Assembly (NCBI GenBank): GCA_963783375.1
Contig: CAWANH010000001.1
Coordinates: forward strand, 176,830 to 240,829
Length of the DNA stretch: 64,000 nucleotides
Direction of reading: 5' to 3'
Source: Candidatus Eiseniibacteriota bacterium
Lineage (GTDB): Bacteria > Eisenbacteria > RBG-16-71-46 > JABDJR01
This document shows, piece by piece, positions 8,930-18,186 of this stretch. The translations under genes and the position numbers were made by a program. The notes under the pieces are model-generated. The model did no database searches and was not told where the DNA came from. It saw only the letters and a list, made by a program, of their open reading frames with translations. Numbering within the stretch: position 1 is the stretch's first letter; each line of letters opens with the position of its first letter.

Positions 8930-10360
8930 CTAGTACTTCCGGACCGAGGGATCCACTTCGTCGGACCAGGCCAGGACGCCCCCTTTCAGGTTCCAGACCC
9001 GCGGGAAGCCGGCGTCGAGGAGCAGGCGGGCCGCCTTGGCGCTCCTCACCCCCGACCGGCAGTGGATCACGATCTCGTGGCCGGGATCGATCTCCCCCAC
9101 CCGCGCGGCGAACTCGCCCAGGGGGATGAGGCGCGCTCCGGGAATGGAGGCGATCCCGGTCTCGAAAGGCTCGCGGACGTCGATCAGATCCACCTCCTCC
9201 AGCCGGCGCGACAGCTCGGACGCGGTCATCTCCCGGACCCCGAAGGGGCCCGGGGCGCCTTCCCCGGCGCCGCAGAACTCCTCGTAGTCGATGAGTCCGG
9301 TGATCGAGGGACTCTCGCCGCAGACCGGGCAGGACGGGTCCTTGCGGAGGCGCACCTCGCGGAACTCCACGGCCAGGGCGTCGAAGAGCACCAACCGGCC
9401 GATCAGGGGATCGCCGATCCCCAGGAGGAGCTTCACCGTCTCGTTGGCCTGGATGGACCCGATGATGCCGGGGAGGATTCCCAGGACCCCGCCCTCGGCG
9501 CAGCTCGGCACGAGCCCGGGGGGAGGCGGCTCGGGGTAGAGGCACCGGTAGCAGGGGCCGCGCTCTGCATCGAAGACCGAGGCCTGCCCCTCGAACCGGA
9601 AGATGCTGCCGTACACGTTGGGCTTTCCGAGAAGCACGCAGGCGTCGTTGACCAGGTACCGGGTGGCGAAGTTGTCGGTGCCGTCCACCACCACGTCGTA
9701 GCCCTCCAGGATCCCGAGCGCGTTCTCCGAGGTGAGCCGCACGCCGTGAGCCTCGACCTTCACGAAGGGGTTCACGGCGCGGATCTTCTCCCGGGCGGAA
9801 TCCAGCTTCGGCCGGCCCACGTCGGCGGTGGCGTGGATGATCTGGCGCTGGAGGTTGGTGTAGTCCACCACGTCGAAGTCCACCAGGCCCAACCGGCCCA
9901 CTCCCGCCGCGGCCAGGTAGAGCCCGAGAGGAGAGCCAAGCCCCCCGACCCCCACCAGGAGCACCGAGGAGCCCTTGAGGCGCTTCTGTCCCGCGAGCCC
10001 CACCTCCGGAATGATGATGTGCCGGCTGTAGCGCCGGAGCTCGTCCGGGGAAAGCTCCCCTTCCGCCGCGCCGGTCTCGGCGGCGCTCCCCCCGGTCACC
10101 GCGGGAACGATCATGAGCTCGTCGCCGTCGGCCAGCGCCGCCTCGTCCCCCCCGAGACGGCGGACGCTTTCCCGGTTCAGGAACAGGTCGACGAAGCTCC
10201 GGACCCGGCCGGAGGCGTCGAAGAGGTGGGGCCGAAGCGCCGGGTATCGCCCGGCCAGATCGGCCAGGGCATCCTTCACCCGCTCCCCCTCCACCACGGC
10301 CCGGGACAGGTTCCCGGTGTGCTTGCGAAGCACGGTGGGTATGCGCACGTTCACCGACAT
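8930..10360 (-). CDS. moeB: Fusion of MoaD/ThiS/CysO ubiquitin-like domain + MoeB/E1 adenylyltransferase + rhodanese (MoeZ-like)
   Basis: N-terminal beta-grasp ending IVPAVTGG; RYSRHI, GVGGLG, NLQRQ, CYRC, PSCAEGG, CPVC; rhodanese HCRSGVRS. Confidence 0.9.
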   Translation of the reverse strand: MSVNVRIPTVLRKHTGNLSRAVVEGERVKDALADLAGRYPALRPHLFDASGRVRSFVDLFLNRESVRRLGGDEAALADGDELMIVPAVTGGSAAETGAAEGELSPDELRRYSRHIIIPEVGLAGQKRLKGSSVLLVGVGGLGSPLGLYLAAAGVGRLGLVDFDVVDYTNLQRQIIHATADVGRPKLDSAREKIRAVNPFVKVEAHGVRLTSENALGILEGYDVVVDGTDNFATRYLVNDACVLLGKPNVYGSIFRFEGQASVFDAERGPCYRCLYPEPPPPGLVPSCAEGGVLGILPGIIGSIQANETVKLLLGIGDPLIGRLVLFDALAVEFREVRLRKDPSCPVCGESPSITGLIDYEEFCGAGEGAPGPFGVREMTASELSRRLEEVDLIDVREPFETGIASIPGARLIPLGEFAARVGEIDPGHEIVIHCRSGVRSAKAARLLLDAGFPRVWNLKGGVLAWSDEVDPSVRKY

Positions 10361-10430
10361 GGCCTTCTCCTCGTTCCCCGGGCCCGTGACGGGGCTCGGC
10401 CACCACGACCGGGCCCGCCGACGGGGGCGG

Positions 10431-10853
10431 CTACGAACTCTCCAACGGCTCCGGATCGAACCGGGACCGGTCTTCGGCCAGCACCCAGGATCGCACCTTC
10501 TCCGCCTTCCCCTCCCAAACCGAGACGATCACGTAGGAGAGCCCCGGAAAGGCGTGCTCCCGGTCGAAGTTCGACGGCCGCGCCTCGTGGTCGGGGTGGG
10601 AGTGGTAGAAGCCGAGGATCTCCCGCCCCTCCTCCCTCGCAGCGAGCTCCGCCCGAAGATAGGCTTCGGGAGAGATGAGGTACCGGTGCTCCGGAAAATC
10701 GTCGCGCTCGTTCTCCGCCCGCACCAGGCGTGCCACCTCGCGTCCCTCCGGCCCCTCATGACCGAGCAGGAACCCGCAGCACTCATGAGGGTAGGTTTCC
10801 TCGCCGTGGCGACGGATCGCGTCCAGGCCGGCCGGAGTGAGCTTCAGGTTCAT
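10431..10853 (-). CDS. JAB/Mov34 (M67) metalloprotease, Mec-like
   Basis: YPHECCGFLLG and GFYHSHPDHEARPSNFD (JAMM E...HxH...S..D). Start at MNLKL; the ORF could extend to 10925. Confidence 0.92.
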   Translation of the reverse strand: MNLKLTPAGLDAIRRHGEETYPHECCGFLLGHEGPEGREVARLVRAENERDDFPEHRYLISPEAYLRAELAAREEGREILGFYHSHPDHEARPSNFDREHAFPGLSYVIVSVWEGKAEKVRSWVLAEDRSRFDPEPLESS

Positions 10854-10983
10854 CGGGACCCTCGCCGGATCGGCTGGTTGAGGCGCCGGTCCGCGATGTC
10901 GGGGAAGACGGTCACCGCCGCCCATCTCCCGAGCCGCTCTGCGATCCGGCCGCGCACTGATGATACCGTGGCCGGCGGAGCCT

Positions 10984-12054
10984 TCAGGGGGACTTCACGT
11001 TCCGTACGTGGAGGCAGCCCGGACCGTTCTCCGCGAAGCGGCCCACCACCTTGGCGGCGGGGACCCCTTTGGTCCGGAGGGCGGCCAGAAGATCGTCGCC
11101 CCGTTCCGGAGCCACCGCCAGGAGGAGTCCCCCCGAGGTCTGGGCGTCGGCCAAAAGGATCCGGTCCGTCTCGTCCAGGCCCTCGTCGAACACCGCGCAG
11201 GACTCCAGATAGGCGAGGTTCTTCCAGGAGCCGCCCGGCACCACCCGGGCCGCGGCCAGCTCGCGCACCGCGGCCTCGGCGAGAACGGGCACGGCCCCGG
11301 CGTACACCTCGGCGCAGAGACCGGAGCCCGCCGCCATCTCGTAGAGGTGGCCGAGGAATCCGTAGCCGGTGACGTCGGTGGCCGCGCGTACCCCGACCTC
11401 GATCGCCGCCTCCCCCGCTCCTCGGTTGAGGACCGCCATCTGCTCCACCACCGCCTTCACCAGCCCGGGCTCCACCTTCCCCCGCTTGATCCCGGTGGTG
11501 AGGATTCCCACCCCGAGCGGCTTGGTGAGGACCAGTAGATCGCCGGCCCGCGCCCCGGTGTTCCGGAGGATGCGGTCGGGATGGACCCGTCCGGTGACCG
11601 CGAGCCCGAACTTGGGTTCCTTGTCGTCGATGGAGTGGCCCCCCACCACCGTCACCTCCGCCTCCACGCACTTGTCGGCGGCTCCCCGGAGGATCTGCTT
11701 CAGGACGTCCGGCCCCAGGTCGTCGATGGGAAAGCCCACGATGTTGAGGGCCAGGAACGGAACGCCGCCCATGGCGTAGACATCGCTCAGGGCGTTGGCC
11801 GCGGCCACTCTCCCGAAATCGTAGGGGTCGTCCACGATCGGGGTGAAGAAATCCAGGGTCTGGACCAGCGCGAGGTCGTCGGAGACGCGATAGACCGCCG
11901 CGTCGTCCGCGGTTTCGTTGCCGACCAGGACGTTCGGATCGTGGAATCTGGGTAGCCCGTCCAGAACCTGGGCGAGGACGCTCTGCGCGATCTTGCAGGC
12001 TCAGCCGGCGCCGTGGCTCAGGGACGTGAGCTTGACGATGTCTTCTCCGCTCAT
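10984..12054 (-). CDS. selD: Selenide, water dikinase (selenophosphate synthetase), selenocysteine-containing (UGA at 12003-12001 = Sec18)
   Basis: Reading through the in-frame TGA gives MSGEDIVKLTSLSHGAG-U-ACKIAQSVL...ADDAAVY...DFFTPIVDDPYDFGRVAAANALSDVYAMGG...DAQTSGGLL. The ORF track truncates it at 11835. Confidence 0.96.
11955..11979 (-). promoter_or_regulatory. Candidate bacterial SECIS hairpin of selD
   Basis: mRNA GUCC-UCGC-CCAG-GUU-CUGG-AC-GGGC; apical GUU loop about 33 nt after the UGA. Confidence 0.6.
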
Positions 12055-12060
12055 CCGGTA

Positions 12061-12089
12061 AGGGTAGAGGGGCGCCGGGAGGGGGTCAA
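12061..12089 (-). promoter_or_regulatory. sigma70-type promoter of selD, probably leaderless
   Basis: TTGACC-N17-TACCCT, then 6 nt, then ATG; no SD. Confidence 0.55.
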
Positions 12090-12104
12090 CGGGACAGGCG
12101 CGGC

Positions 12105-12509
12105 TCAGGAAGCGCGCGAAGGCCCGGGTGAGCGCCAGAGGACGGCGTGAACCAGCGCCCACCCCAGGTCCGCCGCGCCCACGGCCACGAAGACCCCCGC
12201 CCCCACCGGCCGGAGCAGGGCGGCCAGAATCAGCACGAACGCTCCCCCTCCGCCCCGGGCCCAGAGGACGGAGGGACGGAAGGCGTCGACCGCCGGTGAC
12301 CGGGCCGCGCCGGCGTAGAGGACCGGGAGGACGAGGAGAGGGAGGGCGGCCAAGTGGAAGTAGAACTCCGATCCGGTCACCGGGCTCCCCAGCCCGGCCA
12401 TCGCCCGGGGTCCGAAAACGAGAATGAAGAGCCCCAGGGCGAGGTCGTAGGCCGCCCCGGCCAGGAGGCTGGTTCGGAGTGCGCGGTGCGAGGTCCCGTC
12501 GCCGCTCAA
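12105..12509 (-). CDS. Hypothetical four-helix membrane protein
   Basis: Four hydrophobic segments; TTGA start/stop overlap with the OPT gene. Confidence 0.7.
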   Translation of the reverse strand: MSGDGTSHRALRTSLLAGAAYDLALGLFILVFGPRAMAGLGSPVTGSEFYFHLAALPLLVLPVLYAGAARSPAVDAFRPSVLWARGGGGAFVLILAALLRPVGAGVFVAVGAADLGWALVHAVLWRSPGPSRAS

Positions 12510-14494
12510 CGCCGTTTCACGCCGGAGGTCGCGCTCCAGAAGAGCGCGGCCATCACCAGCAGGAGGAGCGCCACCCCGGGCCAGGCGAAGTGCTGGGTCT
12601 CGAAGAGGGCGAAGACGTTCCGGCCCGCCACCACCAGGGGCACGGCCAGGAGGATTCCGATCAGGGCCTCACCGGTGATGAGCCCGGAGGCGAAGAGGAG
12701 CCCGTTCCGGTCGGACACCGACTCGATCTCGGGGTCGCGCGCGGCTCCGCGGCGCATCTGGAAGCGCTTGGCGAAGTGGGAGACCACCCCGCCGAAGAAG
12801 ATCGGCACCGAGAGCTCGATGGGAAGGTAGATCCCCACCGCCACCGCGAGGACCGGCGCGCGGAACGACGCCCCGCGGCCCGCCTGGACCTGGTCGAAGA
12901 TGATGATGAGGACCGCGATCACCGCCCCGATGAGCGCCATCCCCCAGGGGAGCCCGCCGCGGAAGACGCCCTGGGCCACGCTGGCCATGAGGGTGGCCTG
13001 GGGCGCGGTCAGGGGGTTGGGGTGAGCCGCGGTCGGTTCGCCGATCCCGTAGCCCTTCAGGAGCAGGGTGAGCACCGGGGCCATCACGAAGGCCGCGGTC
13101 ACCGTGCCCAGGATCTGGGCGGTTTGCTGTTTCCAGGGGGTGGCGCCCAGGATGTGCCCGGCCTTGAGATCCTGCATGTTGTCCCCGGCGATGGCCGCGG
13201 CGCAGCACACCACCGCCCCGATGAAGATGGCCGCCGAGGGCCCGACGTGGCTCTCGGTTCCCATCAACGCCACCAGGAGAAGGGACGCGCTCAGGATGGT
13301 GGCGATGGTCACTCCGGAGATGGGGTTGTTGCTGCTCCCCACCAGCCCGGCCATGTACCCGGCCACCGCGCTGAACAGGAACCCCGCGATGAGCATCAGG
13401 ACCGCCATCAGGATCGCCACCCCCAGCGACTTCACCACGTAGAGGTAGACGAAGAAGATGGGGATCACCGAGAGCCCGATGGCCCAGAGGACGTAGGGCA
13501 TGGGGGCGTCGCGCTCGGTGCGGGGAATTTCCTCCGAGGCCTCGGCGCCCGGCCGGAAGGTTCTGAGGCCGCTCTGGATCCCCAGGATCAGCGAACCCCG
13601 GAGGTTCACCAGCGCCCAGAGTCCCCCCACCACCATGGCGCCGATGCCCATGTAGCGGATGTAGTTGCTCCAGATCCAGTTCGCGGCGTCGGCGGCGCCG
13701 GCCTGGTCGGCGGGGATCGCCCCGTGACCGTGCTGGAGCAGCCAGATGGGAATCCCGATGAACCAGCTGATGGCCCCGCCCGCGAAGACCAGGACCGCGA
13801 TGTTGAGCCCCACGATGTAGCCCACCGCCACCAGGGCCGGCGAGAGGTTGGTGCCCCCGTAGATCACCGTGTTCCCCACGTAGCGCGCCTTCTCGAAGGT
13901 GGCGGTCCAGAGGTTCAGCCCGGCTTCCCCGAACTTGAAGGCGCCCCCGATCAGCGCCGCCGCGGCCAGGTACCAGACCGCCGAGCCCCCTTCCTCGCCG
14001 CTCTGTAACACCTCGGCCGTGGCCACGCCTTCGGGGAATCGAAGCGGCTGATCCACGATCAGCGCCCGGCGGAGGGGGATGGTGAAGAACACCCCGACCA
14101 CCCCGCCCAACGCGGCGATCATCGTGGTCTCCCAGTAGTCGAAATGCTGCCAGTAGCCGAGGATGATCAGGGCGGGGAGAGTGAAGATGACCCCCGCGGC
14201 CAGGGACTCGCCCGCCGAGGCCGCGGTCTGGACCAGGTTGTTCTCGAGGATGTTGGAGCGCCGGAAGAGCCGGAGCACGGCCATGGAGATGACCGCGGCG
14301 GGGATGGAGGCGCTCACCGTCATGCCCGCGAAGAGCCCCAGGTACGCGTTGGCGCTGGCCAGGGCCATGGACAGGAGGACGCCGAGGATCAGCGCCTTCG
14401 GGGTGAGCTCGGGAAGGCTCACCGAGGCCGGAATGCGGGGCTCGTGGGCGGGCGCTCCCTTTCGTCCGGGGGCGGGCGCGGCCTGGTCAGCCAT
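12506..14494 (-). CDS. OPT-family oligopeptide transporter
   Basis: ANAYLGLFAGMTVSASIPAAV, ENNLVQTAASAGE, FPEGVATAEVL, GSSNNPISG, DNMQDLKAG, APQATLM. Confidence 0.95.
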   Translation of the reverse strand: MADQAAPAPGRKGAPAHEPRIPASVSLPELTPKALILGVLLSMALASANAYLGLFAGMTVSASIPAAVISMAVLRLFRRSNILENNLVQTAASAGESLAAGVIFTLPALIILGYWQHFDYWETTMIAALGGVVGVFFTIPLRRALIVDQPLRFPEGVATAEVLQSGEEGGSAVWYLAAAALIGGAFKFGEAGLNLWTATFEKARYVGNTVIYGGTNLSPALVAVGYIVGLNIAVLVFAGGAISWFIGIPIWLLQHGHGAIPADQAGAADAANWIWSNYIRYMGIGAMVVGGLWALVNLRGSLILGIQSGLRTFRPGAEASEEIPRTERDAPMPYVLWAIGLSVIPIFFVYLYVVKSLGVAILMAVLMLIAGFLFSAVAGYMAGLVGSSNNPISGVTIATILSASLLLVALMGTESHVGPSAAIFIGAVVCCAAAIAGDNMQDLKAGHILGATPWKQQTAQILGTVTAAFVMAPVLTLLLKGYGIGEPTAAHPNPLTAPQATLMASVAQGVFRGGLPWGMALIGAVIAVLIIIFDQVQAGRGASFRAPVLAVAVGIYLPIELSVPIFFGGVVSHFAKRFQMRRGAARDPEIESVSDRNGLLFASGLITGEALIGILLAVPLVVAGRNVFALFETQHFAWPGVALLLLVMAALFWSATSGVKRR

Positions 14495-14629
14495 GGGCGT
14501 CTCCTTGGCGAACGGGGGTCGAGGTCACGGAACGGGCGCCGGGGCCCCGGAAGGACGCGCGCGGCGCCGCCCCCGGGCCCTACGTACCATAGCGAAGGTC
14601 GCGCCCTCCGGCCAACCCGCCTCCCGAGG

Positions 14630-15466
14630 TCAGGAGCCCGCGGCCGCCCGGGCCACCGCCTGCTTGAACGCGGTGAAGCCCGGATCGGCGGTGACCAGCG
14701 TCTTCGGGGCGAAGCCGTCGATCTCGTTCTGGACGTCCTTGATCCGGTCCTCGGTCAGGGGGTGGCTGGCGAAGAACTGCTCGATGGAGCTCGGCTTCGA
14801 TTGCCGGATCTGGAGGAGAACGCGGAAGAAGTCCACCATACCCTCGGGGTCCACCCCCGCCTCGTACATGTAGCGGGCCCCCAGACGGTCGGCTTCCGCC
14901 TCGGCGCTCCGGCTGAACTTCGACACCGCGCCGTTGGCGAGGACGGAGGCCAGGATCTGCTCGTAGACCGCGGGGTTCTTGCCCAGGACCAGCGAGGCCA
15001 CCATGGCGATCCCGTACTGCTTGGTGAGGTTCTCGACCCCGTGGCGGGCCAGGCCGTGGGAGCACTCGTGGGCCATGACCCCCATGAGCTCGGCATAGGA
15101 GTCGGCCTCGGCCACCAGGCCCGAGTGCAGGTAGACGTAGCCGCCGGGGATGTTGAAGGCGTTCACGGTGTTGTCGTCGATCACGTAGAAGTGCCAGGGC
15201 TGATCGGCCACCGGGGTGTCCCCCTTGGCCTGGGCCAGGACATCCTCCCCCATGCGGGCCACGTACCCGGTGATCTCCGGCGTGTCGAGGATGCGCTTCT
15301 GCTTCGCGATGTCGGTCGCCAGATCCTGGCCGAGCTGCCATTCCTCGCCGATCGAGATGAGGCTCACGTCACCCTTGTTGATGCCCGAGGTGGCGCAGCC
15401 CGACAGGCCGGCGATCGCGACGAGGAGAACGAAAGATGCCAGGGTTCCCGGATTGTTTCGATGCAT
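14630..15466 (-). CDS. M48-family zinc metalloprotease lipoprotein (BepA/YfgC-like)
   Basis: Lipobox LSGC; VNAFNIPGG, AHECSH, FSRSAEAEAD, SHP; SD AAGGAG before ATG 15466. Confidence 0.9.
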   Translation of the reverse strand: MHRNNPGTLASFVLLVAIAGLSGCATSGINKGDVSLISIGEEWQLGQDLATDIAKQKRILDTPEITGYVARMGEDVLAQAKGDTPVADQPWHFYVIDDNTVNAFNIPGGYVYLHSGLVAEADSYAELMGVMAHECSHGLARHGVENLTKQYGIAMVASLVLGKNPAVYEQILASVLANGAVSKFSRSAEAEADRLGARYMYEAGVDPEGMVDFFRVLLQIRQSKPSSIEQFFASHPLTEDRIKDVQNEIDGFAPKTLVTADPGFTAFKQAVARAAAGS

Positions 15467-15552
15467 GCGTGACTCCTTGACGATGCCCGGAAGCAATTTC
15501 CCGGGTTGACAACGAATTTCCGCCGTCGGCGCCTCGATTGGAGGCCGCCCGG

Positions 15553-16260
15553 TCAGGGTTGAGGATAGAGCTTTCGGTAGAGTCGGGCCACCAGTCCCAC
15601 CGCGTTCTCCAGCCCGACCCCTTCCAGGTTCACGACGAGGTGGTAGGCGGTGGGATCATCGATGTTCCGGTGGAGGTAGCGTTCCACGAAGGCGGCGCGC
15701 TCCCCATCGCAGCGGTCCACCAGCTTTTCCGCCTCTTCGCGGCCGATCCCGTGCATGCGGGCGACCCGGCTCACCCGGTGGTCCCGCCCTCCCACCGCCC
15801 GCACATGAAGGGCCGGCTCGCCGGCGAGGATGAAGTTGGCGCCCCGCCCCATCACCACCGCCCGGCCGGTCCGGGTGACCGCGATGAGCGCCTTCCCCAG
15901 GGACCGGACGAATTCCTCCGGGGTCACCAGGCGGTTGTGGAGGACTCCGTTCACCCACTGCTCCACGCTGTTTCGGGCGCGATCGTCCATGGCCTCGAGG
16001 ATGGCCCGGTGGACCCCGGTTTCCTCGGCCACCGCGGTGATCAGCTCCTTGTCGAAGAGCTGGAAGCCGAGCCGCGCCGCCACCATCTCGGCCATCTCCG
16101 TCCCCCCGCTTCCCGTCTGCCGGGAAACGGTGATGATGGGATGGAAGATCTCTCCCGCCGGAGCGCGGAGGGCCGCGGCCTCCCGTTCCTGCGCCGCCTT
16201 CTGTTCGAGAATCCAGCGGTGGATCTGCTGCTGAATGAGTTGCAGTGCTTCGCCTTTCAC
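15553..16260 (-). CDS. Cytidylate kinase-like family protein
   Basis: IITVSRQTGSGG, DKELI, VMGRGANFIL, DDPTAYHLVVN. Start uncertain (GTG 16260). Confidence 0.85.
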   Translation of the reverse strand: MKGEALQLIQQQIHRWILEQKAAQEREAAALRAPAGEIFHPIITVSRQTGSGGTEMAEMVAARLGFQLFDKELITAVAEETGVHRAILEAMDDRARNSVEQWVNGVLHNRLVTPEEFVRSLGKALIAVTRTGRAVVMGRGANFILAGEPALHVRAVGGRDHRVSRVARMHGIGREEAEKLVDRCDGERAAFVERYLHRNIDDPTAYHLVVNLEGVGLENAVGLVARLYRKLYPQP

Positions 16261-16379
16261 GCCACCCCTCTCTTTCCCGGCCGGCTTTGCCCGAAAGGAC
16301 TTGTCAGAAGCCCGTTCAGTGGCTATTGTGCCCAACGAACTTCCTCATTCTACTCCACAATCGTCCCCTCGGAGAACGA

Positions 16380-17489
16380 ATGGCATCAAGGACCAAGCCG
16401 GTGAGCATGAGACCGGTCCATTGCAAGACCGTCGCCCGTCGGGGAGCGGCCCTCCTCTTCACCGGGCTCTGGCTCGCCGCCGTCCTTCTCCTCCCTTCGT
16501 CCCCATCGGCCCAGCCAGCTCCGAACCCCGCTCCCGCCGAGTCCTCGGTGGTGGACAGCGTGGTGCCCCAGCCGGCCACCCAGGCCGTCCAGAGTGGACT
16601 CGACACCCTGGCCCAGGAGGAGCCGGTGGGAACCGAGACCCTGGCCCCGGCCGAGGAAGCGGCCCCCACGGGGATCCATCGCTTCTTCTTCCTGAACCGG
16701 CTGAACCTCCTCGTCATCCTTCTCGTGGTCTGCGGGGCGATCTTCACCTACACCCTCCGGGCCACCCGCGGCGTCACCTACAAGATCCGAAAGATCGCGG
16801 GCATCGACGCCATCGAGGAGGCGGTGGGGCGGGCCACCGAGATGGGGAGGCCGGTGCTCTACGTTCCCGGCATCCAGGACCTGGACAACGTGCAGACGGT
16901 GGCCGGGATCACCATTCTCTCCTCGGTGGCCGGACGGATCGCCGAGTACGACGCCCACCTCGAGGTCCCCACCTCCCGCTCCCTGGTCATGACCACCGCC
17001 CGCGAGACGGTGAAGGAGGCCTACTCCGCCGCCGGCCGGCCCGACGCCTACAACGACGACATGGTCTACTACGTCACCGACGAGCAGTTCGGCTACGTGG
17101 CCCACCTCGACGGGTACATGGTCCGGAACAAGCCCGCCACCTGCATCTACATGGGCGCGTTCTTCGCCGAATCGCTGATCCTGGCCGAGACCGGGTACTC
17201 GGTGGGAGCCATCCAGATCGCCGGAACCGCCATGCCCACCCAGCTGCCGTTCTTCGTGGCCGCCTGCGACTACACCCTGATCGGGGAAGAGCTCTTCGCA
17301 GCCAGCGCCTACCTGAGCCAGGACCCGAGGCTCCTGGGAAGCCTCCGGGGACAGGACTTCGGGAAGGCCTTCGCCATGATCTTCATCGGGATGGGCAGCA
17401 TCATCGTCACCGTGGACGTGGTGAGCGGAGGTTTCCTCCACGGTCTCGGCAACTGGCTCATCAACATCGTATTCAACGCAACCCAGTAG
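16380..17489 (+). CDS. DUF6754-like membrane protein with signal peptide (gene A of four-gene operon)
   Basis: Signal peptide, Pro/Ala linker, TM helix, then IRKIAGIDAIEEAVGRATEMGRPV...GAIQIAGT...QLPFFVAACDYTLIGEELFAASAYL, which I recall as DUF6754. SD GGAGA before ATG 16380. Confidence 0.75.
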   Translation: MASRTKPVSMRPVHCKTVARRGAALLFTGLWLAAVLLLPSSPSAQPAPNPAPAESSVVDSVVPQPATQAVQSGLDTLAQEEPVGTETLAPAEEAAPTGIHRFFFLNRLNLLVILLVVCGAIFTYTLRATRGVTYKIRKIAGIDAIEEAVGRATEMGRPVLYVPGIQDLDNVQTVAGITILSSVAGRIAEYDAHLEVPTSRSLVMTTARETVKEAYSAAGRPDAYNDDMVYYVTDEQFGYVAHLDGYMVRNKPATCIYMGAFFAESLILAETGYSVGAIQIAGTAMPTQLPFFVAACDYTLIGEELFAASAYLSQDPRLLGSLRGQDFGKAFAMIFIGMGSIIVTVDVVSGGFLHGLGNWLINIVFNATQ

Positions 17490-17504
17490 TAGGAGGAACG
17501 CCGC

Positions 17505-18185
17505 GTGCTTCGAGTCACCATCCCCGTTCTGATCGCCTCCCTGGTGGGGATCATCCTGGTGATGGCGATGTTCCTGCCCCCGCTCCACGAAGCGGACAAC
17601 TACTTCTCCCAGTGGTTCGACATCATCGCCGCGGTGGCCTTCATCCTGGGTGGAGGGAACCTCCTCCGCATCCACCTCGAAAAGCTCTACCGGCGGAAGA
17701 AGGGCTGGTGGTACAGCGTGGTCACCCTGGCCGGGTTCGCCTTCACCCTGATCGCGGGGCTGTTCAAGATCGGAAACCCCCAGGGCTGGGTGGGAAACGT
17801 CAACGCCCAGGGCTCGCTGTTCAACTTCGCCTACGACGGCATGTTCACCCCGCTCCAGTCCACCATGTTCTCGATCCTGGCCTTCTTCGTGGCCTCGGCC
17901 TCCTACCGGGCCTTCCGGGCCCGAAACGTCGAGGCCACCCTGCTTCTCCTCGCCGCCCTGACCATCCTTCTGGGCCGGACCTTCGTGGGGGCATGGATGA
18001 CCGCGGGCCTCCCCCCCTCCCTGAGCTTCCTGACCATTCCCAACCTCTCCAACTGGATCATGGCCACCATCAACCTGGCCGGACAGCGGGCGATCATGAT
18101 CGGGATCAGCCTGGGGGTCATCGCCACCTCCCTGAAGATCATCCTGGGCATCGAGCGGTCCTACCTGGGCGGGAGGGAGTCCTAG
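17505..18185 (+). CDS. Conserved polytopic membrane protein (gene B)
   Basis: About six TM segments; PLQSTMFSILAFFVASASYRAFRARN; SD AGGAGG. Confidence 0.8.
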   Translation: MLRVTIPVLIASLVGIILVMAMFLPPLHEADNYFSQWFDIIAAVAFILGGGNLLRIHLEKLYRRKKGWWYSVVTLAGFAFTLIAGLFKIGNPQGWVGNVNAQGSLFNFAYDGMFTPLQSTMFSILAFFVASASYRAFRARNVEATLLLLAALTILLGRTFVGAWMTAGLPPSLSFLTIPNLSNWIMATINLAGQRAIMIGISLGVIATSLKIILGIERSYLGGRES

Positions 18186-18186
18186 G

